A stretch of DNA of 64,000 nucleotides from Euryarchaeota archaeon UBA130 (GCA_002505775.1 DAVY01000009.1:101614-165613); one strand, 5' to 3'; positions 52,152-61,928 are shown, counted from the first letter of the stretch. Numbers and translations: made by a program. The notes: generated by a model not told the origin, from the sequence alone.

Positions 52152-53057
52152 ATGCCAAAAGGGGAAATCGTACTCGGATGCCTCGCTCCTCACCCGCCTC
52201 ACGTTGTTTACGCTGAGAACCCAGAACAGAACGAGCCAGTCTCAGAGGGTGGCTGGGAGACCCTAAGGTGGGGCTATAACAGGCTCGCTAGGAAACTGAA
52301 GTCGATAGACTATGACGCCCTTGTGATTTTTACTCCTCACTGGCAGACATACATAGGAACGCACTTCCTGGGTCTCCCTGAGTTCAAGTCCAAGTCAGTA
52401 GACCCCGTATTCCCAAACATATTCAGGTACAACTACGATATCAAAGTCGATGTAGACCTAGCAGAAAAAATGCGTGAGAAGGCATCGGAGCACGGGATTA
52501 TTACCAAGATGATGAGGAATCAGGACTTCAGAGTGGACTACGGGACCATCACTTCGTGCCACATGCTCAACCCAGACTGGGACAAACCCATCGTGACCAT
52601 TAGCAGTAACAGGAATGCCCACTACTACTCTGCAGAAGTCATGAATGAGCAGGCCGCTGCTCTTGGAAGGGCTTGTGCTGAGGCAATAGAGGAGAGCGGA
52701 AAAAAGGTGGTTATGATCAGTAGCCACAGCCTCTCCCACAGGCACTTCGTGACGGAGTCACCGCTTCCAGAGGATATGAGCAAGGAGCACATATACAACC
52801 ACAGTCAGTACGTTTGGGACATGAAGCTGGTCGATCTGATGAGGGAGGGCAAGATGAGGGAGCTAATCGACATCCTTCCTGAATTTACTGAGCAGACTAT
52901 AGCCGAGACTGAAGCAGGAGGACTCACTTGGATGATGGCAGCGATGGGATTCCCTGACTACTCTGCTGAAATCTATGGATACCAGTCCGTAATTGGGACT
53001 GGTAATCTCGTAGCCGCATGGGACCCTAATAGCGTCACTAGAGAGATAGTACTCTGA
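52152..53057 (+). CDS. amnB: extradiol dioxygenase LigB family, 2-aminophenol 1,6-dioxygenase beta-subunit (AmnB)-like
   Basis: LAPHPPHVVYAENPEQNEP, GGWETLRW, KSVDPVFPNIFRY, TKMMRNQDFRVDYGTIT, PEDMSKE and VIGTGN closely follow the AmnB sequence as I remember it. Start taken at ATG 52152 (MPKGEIV). Confidence 0.8.
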   Translation: MPKGEIVLGCLAPHPPHVVYAENPEQNEPVSEGGWETLRWGYNRLARKLKSIDYDALVIFTPHWQTYIGTHFLGLPEFKSKSVDPVFPNIFRYNYDIKVDVDLAEKMREKASEHGIITKMMRNQDFRVDYGTITSCHMLNPDWDKPIVTISSNRNAHYYSAEVMNEQAAALGRACAEAIEESGKKVVMISSHSLSHRHFVTESPLPEDMSKEHIYNHSQYVWDMKLVDLMREGKMRELIDILPEFTEQTIAETEAGGLTWMMAAMGFPDYSAEIYGYQSVIGTGNLVAAWDPNSVTREIVL

Positions 53058-53058
53058 G

Positions 53059-53991
53059 GTGTTTGAGATGGAAGACGCTGAGGTACTTTTCGGAATCTAC
53101 TGCCCCCCTCACCCTCAGCCTCTGCTGTCTCCGGACGCCAACCATGGATATTCCAAACTCAGGGCGGCCTTCGAAACCTGCAGAGAGAGGATAGAGCAGA
53201 GCGATGCCGACCTCCTTATTGTCTACTCCACCACTTGGCCCAGTATAATAGGGCATCAAATCCAAGCTCACCCCGAACCAGAGTGGGTTCACGTTGACGA
53301 TGACTTCCACTATCTGGGAAGCATGCCTTACAAATTCAAAATGGACGTGGACTTCGCCGAATGCCTAGTCGACTCTGCCAAGTCCAGAGGGCTACATTCC
53401 CGAACAATAGCTTACGATGGATTCCCAATAGACACTGGTTCTGTTGTCGCCCTTAAGCTACTTAACCCTGACAATAGAATCCCCGCATGTATCGTTTCAA
53501 GCAACATGTACGCAAACAGATCTGAGACAATTGTTCTAGGCAAATCCATCAGGGACGCCTTATCGAAGCAGAAGAAGAAGGCAGTTGTTGTCGTGGTCTC
53601 GAGCCTGTCCAATAGGATGTTTACAGAGCACATAGACCCCACAGAGGATCGCATCCACAGTCCCAAGGATGACGAATGGAACAGGAAGATACTCGAGTTC
53701 TTCGCCGATGGCAGGCTTGAGGACCTGTCCCAGCTTTCTAGGGAGATTCACGGTCAGATAAGGGTTCAGAAGGTAGTGGCTTACAAGCCGGCCTGGTGGA
53801 TGGCCGCCACCATGGGACAGCACAACAACTACGATGGCGAGGTCCTCGCCTACGAGGCTCTACACGGCTCAGGGGGGGCGGTAGTGACACTGACACCGTC
53901 CACAGGCTCAGTAGGCGACAAGGAATTCGATGAGGACGATGTCGAGTACTACCACGGAGACAGAGACGTTCTGACCAAGGGGATGCTCTGA
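53059..53991 (+). CDS. amnA: LigB-family paralog, AmnA (non-catalytic alpha subunit)-like
   Basis: 310 aa. Same fold pattern (CPPHPQPLL, IVYSTTWPS, FPIDTGSVVAL), but the second metal-ligand His box (PHW) is replaced by TTW. Starts 1 nt after the amnB-like stop. Confidence 0.65.
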   Translation: MFEMEDAEVLFGIYCPPHPQPLLSPDANHGYSKLRAAFETCRERIEQSDADLLIVYSTTWPSIIGHQIQAHPEPEWVHVDDDFHYLGSMPYKFKMDVDFAECLVDSAKSRGLHSRTIAYDGFPIDTGSVVALKLLNPDNRIPACIVSSNMYANRSETIVLGKSIRDALSKQKKKAVVVVVSSLSNRMFTEHIDPTEDRIHSPKDDEWNRKILEFFADGRLEDLSQLSREIHGQIRVQKVVAYKPAWWMAATMGQHNNYDGEVLAYEALHGSGGAVVTLTPSTGSVGDKEFDEDDVEYYHGDRDVLTKGML

Positions 53992-54653
53992 TGGGCACCG
54001 AATCTAAGGATGAGGAACAGGAAACCTCCACATTCGCTCATCGCCTAGAGATGATGAGAGAACTTGTGGAGGCTCCTGATGAGGTAATAGAGGCACTTTA
54101 CAACTCCTATGGGAAGACTATGTTCACAAATGCTGGCGGTGCGGTAGGTGCCGCAGCTGGAGTAGCAGTGGGAGGTCCCGTAGGAGGGATAGTCGGAGGA
54201 GTCGTGGGGAAGAAAACGGCAGGAAAGATGACTAGCCAAGACGGCCCTTTCACAGCGGAGGCAGGTCCCTCCGCAATGGGTGCATACCCGCACCTCAGGA
54301 GAGTCGGAGACCTAGTATTCGTAAGTGGGATGGGCCCAAGGTCTCCGGAGACAAACGAGATTCCCGGAGGCCCTGTGAGGGATGATTCAGGTGAGCCCCT
54401 CGATTATGACATCACTGCGCAGGCCCACTCCGTGATCAACAATATTAGGGTGATACTGGAAGAGTACGGAGCGGGTCTGGAAAATGTTGTCGACGTTCTG
54501 GTATTCCTAATCGATATGGACAGGGACTTCAAGGCCTACAATGAGGTATATGCCGAGCACTTCGGCGAAATAATGCCCGCTAGGACAACTGTCTCGATAA
54601 ACGCTCTTCCGTCCCCGATTGCGATAGAGATGAAGGTAATCGCGAAGGTGTAA
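53991..54653 (+). CDS. RidA/YjgF-family deaminase domain with N-terminal glycine-zipper extension
   Basis: 220 aa. The C-terminal ~130 aa (YPHLRRVGDLVFVSGMGP...NVVDVLVFLIDM...ARTTVSINALP..IAIEMKVIA) are RidA-like. Residues 48-73 read AGGAVGAAAGVAVGGPVGGIVGGVVG. TGATG overlap with the upstream gene. Confidence 0.75.
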   Translation: MGTESKDEEQETSTFAHRLEMMRELVEAPDEVIEALYNSYGKTMFTNAGGAVGAAAGVAVGGPVGGIVGGVVGKKTAGKMTSQDGPFTAEAGPSAMGAYPHLRRVGDLVFVSGMGPRSPETNEIPGGPVRDDSGEPLDYDITAQAHSVINNIRVILEEYGAGLENVVDVLVFLIDMDRDFKAYNEVYAEHFGEIMPARTTVSINALPSPIAIEMKVIAKV

Positions 54654-54694
54654 TACGCCGATAAATTGAAGCCCATGCTAGTTGTTCTCCACTT

Positions 54695-55552
54695 ATGGGC
54701 AAGCGGAACTGCGCAGTCGAGGGTTGCAACGCGCTCGAGTTCAGGTCCAATGGAATCTGCAATAGACACATGCGCGACGAGATGGCAATTCGTGAGATCG
54801 ATTTGGAGGAACTCCAAGTGGCCGCTCAAGAAGAGACGGACGAATCAGAGCATGCTCTGGGACAAATGGCCAATACCGAACCAAAGGGAGAAGAATTCGA
54901 GTGCCCGAGAGGGTGCGGAAAGATGTCTTACCAAGATGAACAAGTTGGCGTCTCTGGCCTCGGATTCGTGTCTTTCTTCGGTATCCCTGTACTGGCAGTA
55001 ATCTACTTCGTATGGTCCTTCATGGTATATGACTGGTCAAATACCGCTCTCGAAGCCAATGGCTCTCCTCCTCATCCAAGCGTTGGAATCCTAGCTCTCT
55101 TTGCAATTGCTTGGTTTGGCTTGATGCCCTTCGGTCTAATCAGATCCAAAACCCACGTTTGCAATTCTTGCTATGGCAGGATGTTTGAAGAGAAGGCAAT
55201 GGCATACATATTCGATGAAGAATCCTTATCCAAAATCAACTCATTGATTCACAGCATGGCTCCGCATACTAGCGATCTAAAGTGCCCAATATGCAATGAG
55301 AAAATGGGAAGATTCTCCGTACCGTACACTCCGTCTGATGATTTCGAGAGCCATGGAAGGACGAGACGGAGGGTACCCAAATCAGCAGAGGGATTGGTAG
55401 CTGGACTGGCAATTGCCGCCGTCGTCACCGCAGTGAAGGTAATCGTGCCAAATGCCGAAGAAACGATTGATCTAGATGCGTGCAGAGAATGTAGAGTGGT
55501 TTGGTTCGACGCCTCAGAGAGAGGTGAACTTGAAGATGGTACGATTAACTGA
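54695..55552 (+). CDS. membrane protein with N- and C-terminal zinc-ribbon modules
   Basis: 285 aa. CAVEGC...ICNRH, CPRGCGKM, two or three TM helices, then CPICNEKM...LDACRECRVVWFDASERGELE. The last is the same ribbon type as 45993-46439. Confidence 0.55.
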   Translation: MGKRNCAVEGCNALEFRSNGICNRHMRDEMAIREIDLEELQVAAQEETDESEHALGQMANTEPKGEEFECPRGCGKMSYQDEQVGVSGLGFVSFFGIPVLAVIYFVWSFMVYDWSNTALEANGSPPHPSVGILALFAIAWFGLMPFGLIRSKTHVCNSCYGRMFEEKAMAYIFDEESLSKINSLIHSMAPHTSDLKCPICNEKMGRFSVPYTPSDDFESHGRTRRRVPKSAEGLVAGLAIAAVVTAVKVIVPNAEETIDLDACRECRVVWFDASERGELEDGTIN

Positions 55553-56617
55553 TCAAACAGAGGTTTCCAGGCTCTCGATATCCAACGATGTGCACCAGTT
55601 GGGGGCTATCACAGGGTTACATCGACTCGGATTCCCTTCAGGGATATCAATCCAGTATTCCACTCCGTCGACCGGTCCGGGGTAGTCTGTCGCGATGGTG
55701 TGAGCACCTGAAGCAAGTGCCGCCTCGAACCGAGTCGTGTCATTGTTATCTGGCTCTACACCACCGCTATCGGCTCTCGTTCTGACGATGAAACCCTCCT
55801 CTACAAGTCTGGTTATCTCCTCCCCGTTCGATAAGGGGTCAGTGAGGGAGAAAACCACTTCTTCCCCTGGGTACTGGCCTTGGGAGGTGAACATCGGGAA
55901 CATTTTCGCTCCTACCAAACCAGGCCTCTCATCCATGTACAAATCCCTCATGTCTCCAGTGGCCAGAAGTACGAACATCGCCTTTCCACGACTCTCATCT
56001 ATCATGGGCCAACCCTCATCCAAAACAGCCCCAGTGAGATTAGGGCTGTCACCACGTACATCATCAGGGGTTATGGTCAGGTTGGCTGGCCAAAATTGGG
56101 TTATCTCATCCTCAATCTCCTGAAGAATGCCAGTGAGCTCTACAGTCGTTGTGATCTCAGCTCCCTGCTCGAGCCAGTCCTTTGGCTCAACCCAAATCAT
56201 AATCGGGTGATGATCACTATTTCCCTGTGACCAGAGAAGGAGGGCCTCCAGACAGCTTTGGAACGTGGGGCACGTGGTCCCGGAGTCATACTGGTTGTGA
56301 TAGACTCTGAGGCCCTCCCTGACGTCCCACCAAACGTCTAGCTCAAACTGCCTCACGCCTAGGTCGGAGGCTTGCACCCCAAGCTCCTGATGTGTGTACA
56401 TGTACTCCCTGGTCGGAGAGAAGATTGGCTCCACGTGATATGAGTTATGGGTCCCTTTCATCTGTAAGTGGTTAATCCTAAGGGGCTCCTCATCAGGTAG
56501 GTCATCCGCCATGGAGGGGATAAGATCAGTCCCCAAGCACCCTCCGAGCATTGGCGATAGCACAAGAATCACCGTAAGAACGGCTATGCCCCTCATCATG
56601 ACGCCAGATGGGCTCAC
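55553..56617 (-). CDS. secreted/lipid-anchored PI-PLC-like phosphodiesterase (PLC X-domain fold)
   Basis: 354 aa. Signal peptide ending in LGGCLG (lipobox-like). LQMKGTHNSYH catalytic-His box and FELDVW. Confidence 0.65.
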   Translation of the reverse strand: MSPSGVMMRGIAVLTVILVLSPMLGGCLGTDLIPSMADDLPDEEPLRINHLQMKGTHNSYHVEPIFSPTREYMYTHQELGVQASDLGVRQFELDVWWDVREGLRVYHNQYDSGTTCPTFQSCLEALLLWSQGNSDHHPIMIWVEPKDWLEQGAEITTTVELTGILQEIEDEITQFWPANLTITPDDVRGDSPNLTGAVLDEGWPMIDESRGKAMFVLLATGDMRDLYMDERPGLVGAKMFPMFTSQGQYPGEEVVFSLTDPLSNGEEITRLVEEGFIVRTRADSGGVEPDNNDTTRFEAALASGAHTIATDYPGPVDGVEYWIDIPEGNPSRCNPVIAPNWCTSLDIESLETSV

Positions 56618-56638
56618 ATGAAAGAATGATTCGGAGAT

Positions 56639-57127
56639 CTAATGATTGATACCACCAACGCCATGGGCATGACCATGGGCCAACTCATCTCTAGTGGCCT
56701 CCCTGATTCCTACAACCTCAACACTGAATCTGAGAGTCATCCCAGCCATCTGATGGTTGAAGTCAACCGTGACCTCATCACCATCAATTGAGACGACAGA
56801 GAACTGAACTGGTCCACGGTCGCTCTGTGCCCCTAAGACCATCCCCGGGACTAACTGCATGTCATCCGGAAACTGGCTCTTCGGTACCTTCTGAATCGCA
56901 GACTCATCCCTCATTCCGTATGCCTTCTCAGGAGTCAGCGTGAACTCCCTCTTCTCTCCGATCTTTGCACCAAGCATCTCCTGCTCGAACCCTGTGATCA
57001 TCTGGCCATGTCCCACTAGAAACAAAAGGGGCTCACGTCCTTCGCTAGTATCGAACACCTCGCCATCAGTGTAGGACCCAGTGTAGTGAACTGAAACGAC
57101 CTTGTTAACCTCAACCTTACTTGACAT
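56639..57127 (-). CDS. slyD: FKBP-type peptidyl-prolyl isomerase, SlyD-like, His-rich tail
   Basis: 162 aa. VHYTGSYTDGEVFDTS, LFLVGHGQMITGFEQEMLG, an insert-in-flap region, and the C-terminal tail HGHAHG. Confidence 0.85.
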   Translation of the reverse strand: MSSKVEVNKVVSVHYTGSYTDGEVFDTSEGREPLLFLVGHGQMITGFEQEMLGAKIGEKREFTLTPEKAYGMRDESAIQKVPKSQFPDDMQLVPGMVLGAQSDRGPVQFSVVSIDGDEVTVDFNHQMAGMTLRFSVEVVGIREATRDELAHGHAHGVGGINH

Positions 57128-57178
57128 AGGTTGACCACGTGGCCTCGACTTCTAACCCTGTGGGTGGTAATCCACCAA

Positions 57179-57661
57179 TCAGGCACAGCCACAGCCAGGT
57201 CCGCAGCTGTCCATGTCCTTCTGCTCGGGAGCTTGACGAATATCAACTACCTCCACACTGAAGTTCAGAGTCTTCCCGGCCATCTGGTGATTGAAATCCA
57301 CAGTAACCGAGTCGTCTTCGACAGATGCGACGGAAAACTGGATCGGCCCCATTTCGCTCTGGGCCCCTAGGACCATCCCGACCTCAATTGCCATCTCCTC
57401 TGGGAACTGGCTTCGAGGGACCTTCTGGATGGCATCCTCGTCCCTCTCCCCGTATGCCCTGTCTGGAGTCAGTGTGAACTCCCTCTTCTCGCCGATCTCG
57501 GCACCGAGCATCTCCCGCTCGAACCCAGAGATCATCTGCCCTTTGCCGACTTCGAAGGAAAGGGGCGCCCTGCCCTCGCTGGAATCAAAAATTTCGCCGT
57601 CAATGAATGTGCCTGTATAGTGAACTGATACGATCGTGTTCTGTTCTATCCTGTTAGTCAT
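57179..57661 (-). CDS. slyD: FKBP-type peptidyl-prolyl isomerase, SlyD-like, Cys-rich tail (tandem paralog)
   Basis: About 160 aa from M26 of the track ORF. VHYTGTFIDGEIFDSS, SFEVGKGQMISGFEREMLG, and the C-terminal tail SCGPGCGCA. Confidence 0.85.
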   Translation of the reverse strand: MTNRIEQNTIVSVHYTGTFIDGEIFDSSEGRAPLSFEVGKGQMISGFEREMLGAEIGEKREFTLTPDRAYGERDEDAIQKVPRSQFPEEMAIEVGMVLGAQSEMGPIQFSVASVEDDSVTVDFNHQMAGKTLNFSVEVVDIRQAPEQKDMDSCGPGCGCA

Positions 57662-57767
57662 GATACGTCCTGATATGCCCCCCCTTCTAACTCTGTGGGT
57701 ATCTGTCCCTCTGCGTTCACGGACTGGCCGTGGCAATGTTCAACAAACATCGGTCGCTCCATCGTGC

Positions 57768-59465
57768 ATGGCGAGTAACGGTGCAGGGGACCTGATCGAC
57801 TTCTCCTACAGACCTACTGAGGGCCTTTCAGACACTCTGGAGAGGAAGCTAGGGATGTTCTCAGTCGTGATAATTTCACTATCTGCCATGTTGGGAACAG
57901 GTCTTTTCGTTCTACCTGCCTTGGTTATGGTGGATATGGGAGGAGGAACCGTCCCGGTGTCAGGAATATGGCTGGCATATACGCTCGCCGCTCTGGCCAT
58001 CCTCCCTGCAGCGGTCTCCAAAGGAGAGCTGTCAACTGCGATGCCATCATCCGGAGGTTCCTACGTGTACATCGAGAGGACCTTCGGGCCATTAGTAGGG
58101 ACGATCGCAGGCGCTGGCCTTTGGGGTGCCTCAATGTTGAAGACAGTCGTCGCACTTGTTGGATTCAAGGCATATCTGTGGGCCCTGGAGGAGCTTCTTG
58201 GTGTAACTATCGATATCGAGATAGCCGCCCTCATCCTGTTGGCCCTCATCACAATCATCAACATACTTGGCGTGAACCGGATCAAGAAGATTCAGACTCC
58301 CATAGTGGCTCTCATGGTTGCTTTCATCGCAATTCTTTGCATCTGGTCTATTTTCACCCTACCGATGAACTGGGACGTCGCCTTCGGGGAGGGTGCTTAC
58401 GGCGCTGGATGGGAGGATGTTGCCCATGCCACTGCATTCGTCTTCGTGGCATACGCCGGAGTGACAAAGATAGCAGCCGTTGGAGGGGAAATAAAGGATC
58501 CAAGTAAGAACATCCCATACGGGATGATTCTGTCCCTGCTGATTGCTTGCGCCCTTTACGTCATGGTAACGATAGTTATGGTATCGGCAGTAGACCCCTC
58601 GGGATACCTTGACACCGAAACAGGCAAGGCGAGGGAAGATCCCGTATATGTATTCGCAGAAATGGTAGGGGGGTCGACAGCGGGAACCGTCTCAGCGGTT
58701 TTCGCAGTCACCGTACTAACTTCCCTCGCGCTTGCTTCACTGATGGCAACCTCAAGGTTTCCATTCGCCATGGCAAGGGACAACCTCCTCCCCGAATCAC
58801 TAGAGAAGGTGCATCCTAGCTACCAGACTCCGCACCTTGCCATTATTGGTACGAGCGTGTCGATGGCTCTTGCCATCACACTCCTGCCAGTCGAGGAGAT
58901 AGCGAAACTCGCATCCGGGTTCAAAATCATGATATTCATGACCATCAATGCCTCAGTGATAGTCCTAAGAAGGGCCTCTGGAACACACTCTTGGTACCGC
59001 CCTGAGTGGAAGTCCCCGATGTATCCATTTATCCAGATCTTCGGAATACTAAGTGGAGGGCTCCTCCTCTATGTCATGGGAATGACAGCTGTCATAGGTG
59101 GTCTGGCTTGCTGTACGGTAGGGGTCCTAATTTACTTCCTATACGGCAAGAAAAGAGTAGATCCGATGCTGACACCCTGGAGGACGGTTCGTACCGAGAT
59201 CACAAACCCGACTCAGGCAGAGCGCGAGAAGAGATGGCTGGTTTTCCACAGCGTCGCTGGCACGAAGGAGAGATACTCCGAACAGATGACAGAGGGCGAG
59301 TTCGTCCACGCGATGAGCATCATTTCTCCTCACTTAGACAGGTCCGGTGTCAGGGACTTGTTCCATGAGATAGATGTGAATGGTAACGGAATCATAGACC
59401 TGGACGAGTTCCTAATGGGCATCGACGAAGACAATCTATTCGGGGACATTTCTGAGTCCGAGTGA
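57768..59465 (+). CDS. APC-superfamily amino acid permease with C-terminal EF-hand
   Basis: About 565 aa from ATG 57768, with a roughly 12-TM core. The C-terminal cytoplasmic ~100 aa ends in a canonical EF-hand loop, DVNGNGIIDLDE (59373-59408). Confidence 0.8.
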   Translation: MASNGAGDLIDFSYRPTEGLSDTLERKLGMFSVVIISLSAMLGTGLFVLPALVMVDMGGGTVPVSGIWLAYTLAALAILPAAVSKGELSTAMPSSGGSYVYIERTFGPLVGTIAGAGLWGASMLKTVVALVGFKAYLWALEELLGVTIDIEIAALILLALITIINILGVNRIKKIQTPIVALMVAFIAILCIWSIFTLPMNWDVAFGEGAYGAGWEDVAHATAFVFVAYAGVTKIAAVGGEIKDPSKNIPYGMILSLLIACALYVMVTIVMVSAVDPSGYLDTETGKAREDPVYVFAEMVGGSTAGTVSAVFAVTVLTSLALASLMATSRFPFAMARDNLLPESLEKVHPSYQTPHLAIIGTSVSMALAITLLPVEEIAKLASGFKIMIFMTINASVIVLRRASGTHSWYRPEWKSPMYPFIQIFGILSGGLLLYVMGMTAVIGGLACCTVGVLIYFLYGKKRVDPMLTPWRTVRTEITNPTQAEREKRWLVFHSVAGTKERYSEQMTEGEFVHAMSIISPHLDRSGVRDLFHEIDVNGNGIIDLDEFLMGIDEDNLFGDISESE

Positions 59466-59525
59466 TTTCGGCTCAGTCGTGCAATTGAAGTCTTGAACTC
59501 CTCTCGAGGTAACCCGGGTGAGCCA

Positions 59526-60341
59526 ATGGCGATAGCTGGTCGTGCGAAGAAAGTCACTACTCATACCCTCCAGGAGATGAAGAGGGCAGGGGAGAATATC
59601 ACCATGCTGACTTCCTACGATTACTCCCTAACCAGGCTTGTAGATGGGGCAGGGATCGACGTCATTCTCGTAGGGGACTCTGCATCCAATGTGATGGCAG
59701 GGAACGATACGACGGTACCGATCACCTTGGATCACATGATATATCACGCTCAGTGCGTGGTAAACGGAGTAGACAGGGCACTCGTCGTAGTCGACATGCC
59801 ATTTGGGACTTACCAAGGGGACACAAAGCTCGCCCTGAAGAGCGCTATCAGGATAATGAAGGAATCAGCTGGCCACGCGGTCAAGCTTGAGGGAGGAGTA
59901 GAAATCACTGACTCCATCAAGAGGATTCTCACGGCGGGCATACCAGTCATGGGCCACCTCGGGCTCACTCCCCAGTCGATCTACAAGTTCGGCACCTACG
60001 GAGTGAGGGCCAAGGAGGACCAAGAGGCAGAGAGGCTAATCTCAGATGCGCTCGCCCTACAGGACGCGGGGTGCTTCGCCATCGTACTGGAGAAAATCCC
60101 AGCTGAACTAGCAAAGATGGTCAGTGAGAAGCTGAACATCCCGACAATCGGCATCGGAGCCGGTCCCCACTGCGATGGGCAGGTGCTAGTGCTCCATGAC
60201 ATGCTGGGCATAACCAAGGACTTCTCTCCCCGCTTCCTCAGGAGATACGCAGACTTGGGAGACGCGATCGACAACGCTGTCAAGCAGTACATCACAGACG
60301 TGCGAAGCGGCGACTTCCCCAACGAGGAAGAGAGCTACTAG
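59526..60341 (+). CDS. panB: 3-methyl-2-oxobutanoate hydroxymethyltransferase PanB
   Basis: [49 protein letters not shown] 59526 preferred over TTG 59493. Confidence 0.88.
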   Translation: MAIAGRAKKVTTHTLQEMKRAGENITMLTSYDYSLTRLVDGAGIDVILVGDSASNVMAGNDTTVPITLDHMIYHAQCVVNGVDRALVVVDMPFGTYQGDTKLALKSAIRIMKESAGHAVKLEGGVEITDSIKRILTAGIPVMGHLGLTPQSIYKFGTYGVRAKEDQEAERLISDALALQDAGCFAIVLEKIPAELAKMVSEKLNIPTIGIGAGPHCDGQVLVLHDMLGITKDFSPRFLRRYADLGDAIDNAVKQYITDVRSGDFPNEEESY

Positions 60342-60392
60342 GGCCTCCCCCAACCTTCAAGGACGCCCGTCCACTAGTGGGGCCCGGTAAAC

Positions 60393-61361
60393 ATGAGTGA
60401 GCTGTGGGTAGAGAGGCACCGTCCCCGCACAGTTGATGATATCAAGGGCCAGAAACAGGTCGTTGACCGACTGAAGGCGTATGCCGGCAAGCGCTCATTT
60501 CCCCATTTGATGTTTGCAGGCCCGCCCGGAACCGGAAAGACCACCGCCGCAATCGCACTGGCAAGGGACGTATTCGGGGATGACTACCGTAGAAACCTGC
60601 TTGAGATGAATGCAAGCGATGAGAGGAAGCTGGAGTCTATCAGGACCAAAGTAAAGCAGTTCGCCAGGACCGCACCAGTTCCTGGGACGACGTTCAAGGT
60701 CATATTCCTTGACGAGGCGGACGCACTCACCCCGGATGCGCAGGGTGCGCTCAGGAGGATAATGGAGCAGAACGCCCAGACGTGCAGGTTCATCCTTTCC
60801 TGCAACTACTCATCGAAGATCATTGAACCGATACAGTCGCGGTGTGCGGTCTTCAGGTTCAGGCCACTGGCCGATGATCAAGTCAGGTCCATGGTGGTGT
60901 CCGTGGCAGAGGGAGAGGGAATAAAGCTCGACGAGGACGCTGCCGACGCGATCGTTCACGTCAGCCTCGGAGACCTCAGGAAGGCGATAACCTCACTCCA
61001 GGTAGCAGCCTCGATGGACGAGCACGTCTCAAGGGAGATTGTCTATGAGACAACCGCCACTGCCCCTCCCGAGGAGCTTCATCGCTTCTTCCTAGCCTGC
61101 AGAGAGGATGGGTTCCAACCAGCTAGGAGAAGGCTTAGGGAGCTACTGGACCGCTTCGGCCTAGCTGGTACCGACCTGGTAAACCAGCTTCACCGCGGAT
61201 TGGGGGACGTTCCATTCCTAACAGAGAGCCAGAAGCTATCGGTCACTCAAACCATGGCAGAAGCTGACTTCAGGATGGTCGAGGGAGGTGGCGAGGCTTT
61301 GCAGCTGGACGCGATGACGGCGAGGCTTTGCACTCTTCTTTCACCCGAGCTCAAGACCTAG
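60393..61361 (+). CDS. rfcS: replication factor C small subunit
   Basis: 322 aa. LWVERHRP, Walker A GPPGTGKTT, FLDEADAL, and the SRC motif IQSRCAVF. Confidence 0.9.
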   Translation: MSELWVERHRPRTVDDIKGQKQVVDRLKAYAGKRSFPHLMFAGPPGTGKTTAAIALARDVFGDDYRRNLLEMNASDERKLESIRTKVKQFARTAPVPGTTFKVIFLDEADALTPDAQGALRRIMEQNAQTCRFILSCNYSSKIIEPIQSRCAVFRFRPLADDQVRSMVVSVAEGEGIKLDEDAADAIVHVSLGDLRKAITSLQVAASMDEHVSREIVYETTATAPPEELHRFFLACREDGFQPARRRLRELLDRFGLAGTDLVNQLHRGLGDVPFLTESQKLSVTQTMAEADFRMVEGGGEALQLDAMTARLCTLLSPELKT

Positions 61362-61865
61362 CTAGTCTGTTACCAGGGCGAAGGCAGCCGCGGGGGTGAT
61401 CCTCTCCTCTGGGGTCCCGATGATGTCCGATATCTTCACTGGCTCTGGGTTAGATTCTAGAGAAGCCGAGGTACCACAGGTTTGGCCTTCGCTTTCTGAG
61501 CTTGGTCTTCCGTAGAGGTACGCACCATAACCAGCGGAGATGTGTCCAGCTCCGATGACTGACATCATGACCTGTTCGATTAGTGAGGTGGTGGTTACCC
61601 AGCTTCCTGTCAAAGCAGTACCCAGTCCGAGCAACACCGATATCGATGACATCAGGAAGGCGAAGTGCATCGAGACGGCGTTAGTGGATGGTCTTGCGAT
61701 AGATATTCCTCCAGCGCCGGCGATGAACACCCCAAACAGAAGCGGGAACAGTGCAGTCACATAGTCGGTTGCGGCAAAAAAGGCGATTCCTAGGGTCCCC
61801 AACATTCCGCCTGTCATGATTGACAGCTGTGGCATGTTGAAACCGGCGATGGTGTATCTTGTCAT
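61362..61865 (-). CDS. hypothetical integral membrane protein
   Basis: 167 aa with about 5 TM helices. No family recognised. Confidence 0.5.
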   Translation of the reverse strand: MTRYTIAGFNMPQLSIMTGGMLGTLGIAFFAATDYVTALFPLLFGVFIAGAGGISIARPSTNAVSMHFAFLMSSISVLLGLGTALTGSWVTTTSLIEQVMMSVIGAGHISAGYGAYLYGRPSSESEGQTCGTSASLESNPEPVKISDIIGTPEERITPAAAFALVTD

Positions 61866-61928
61866 AGCTCTCCGGATTTAGGTGGAGTATATTATGTGCT
61901 GTTTGGAAGTAAACCAGAAAATCAGCTA

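Noticed and set aside
57968-58507. A 179-aa Arg-rich + strand ORF in an alternative frame of the permease gene.
   Set aside because: The extreme Arg/Gly/Cys composition is typical of off-frame translation of a GC-rich membrane-protein gene.
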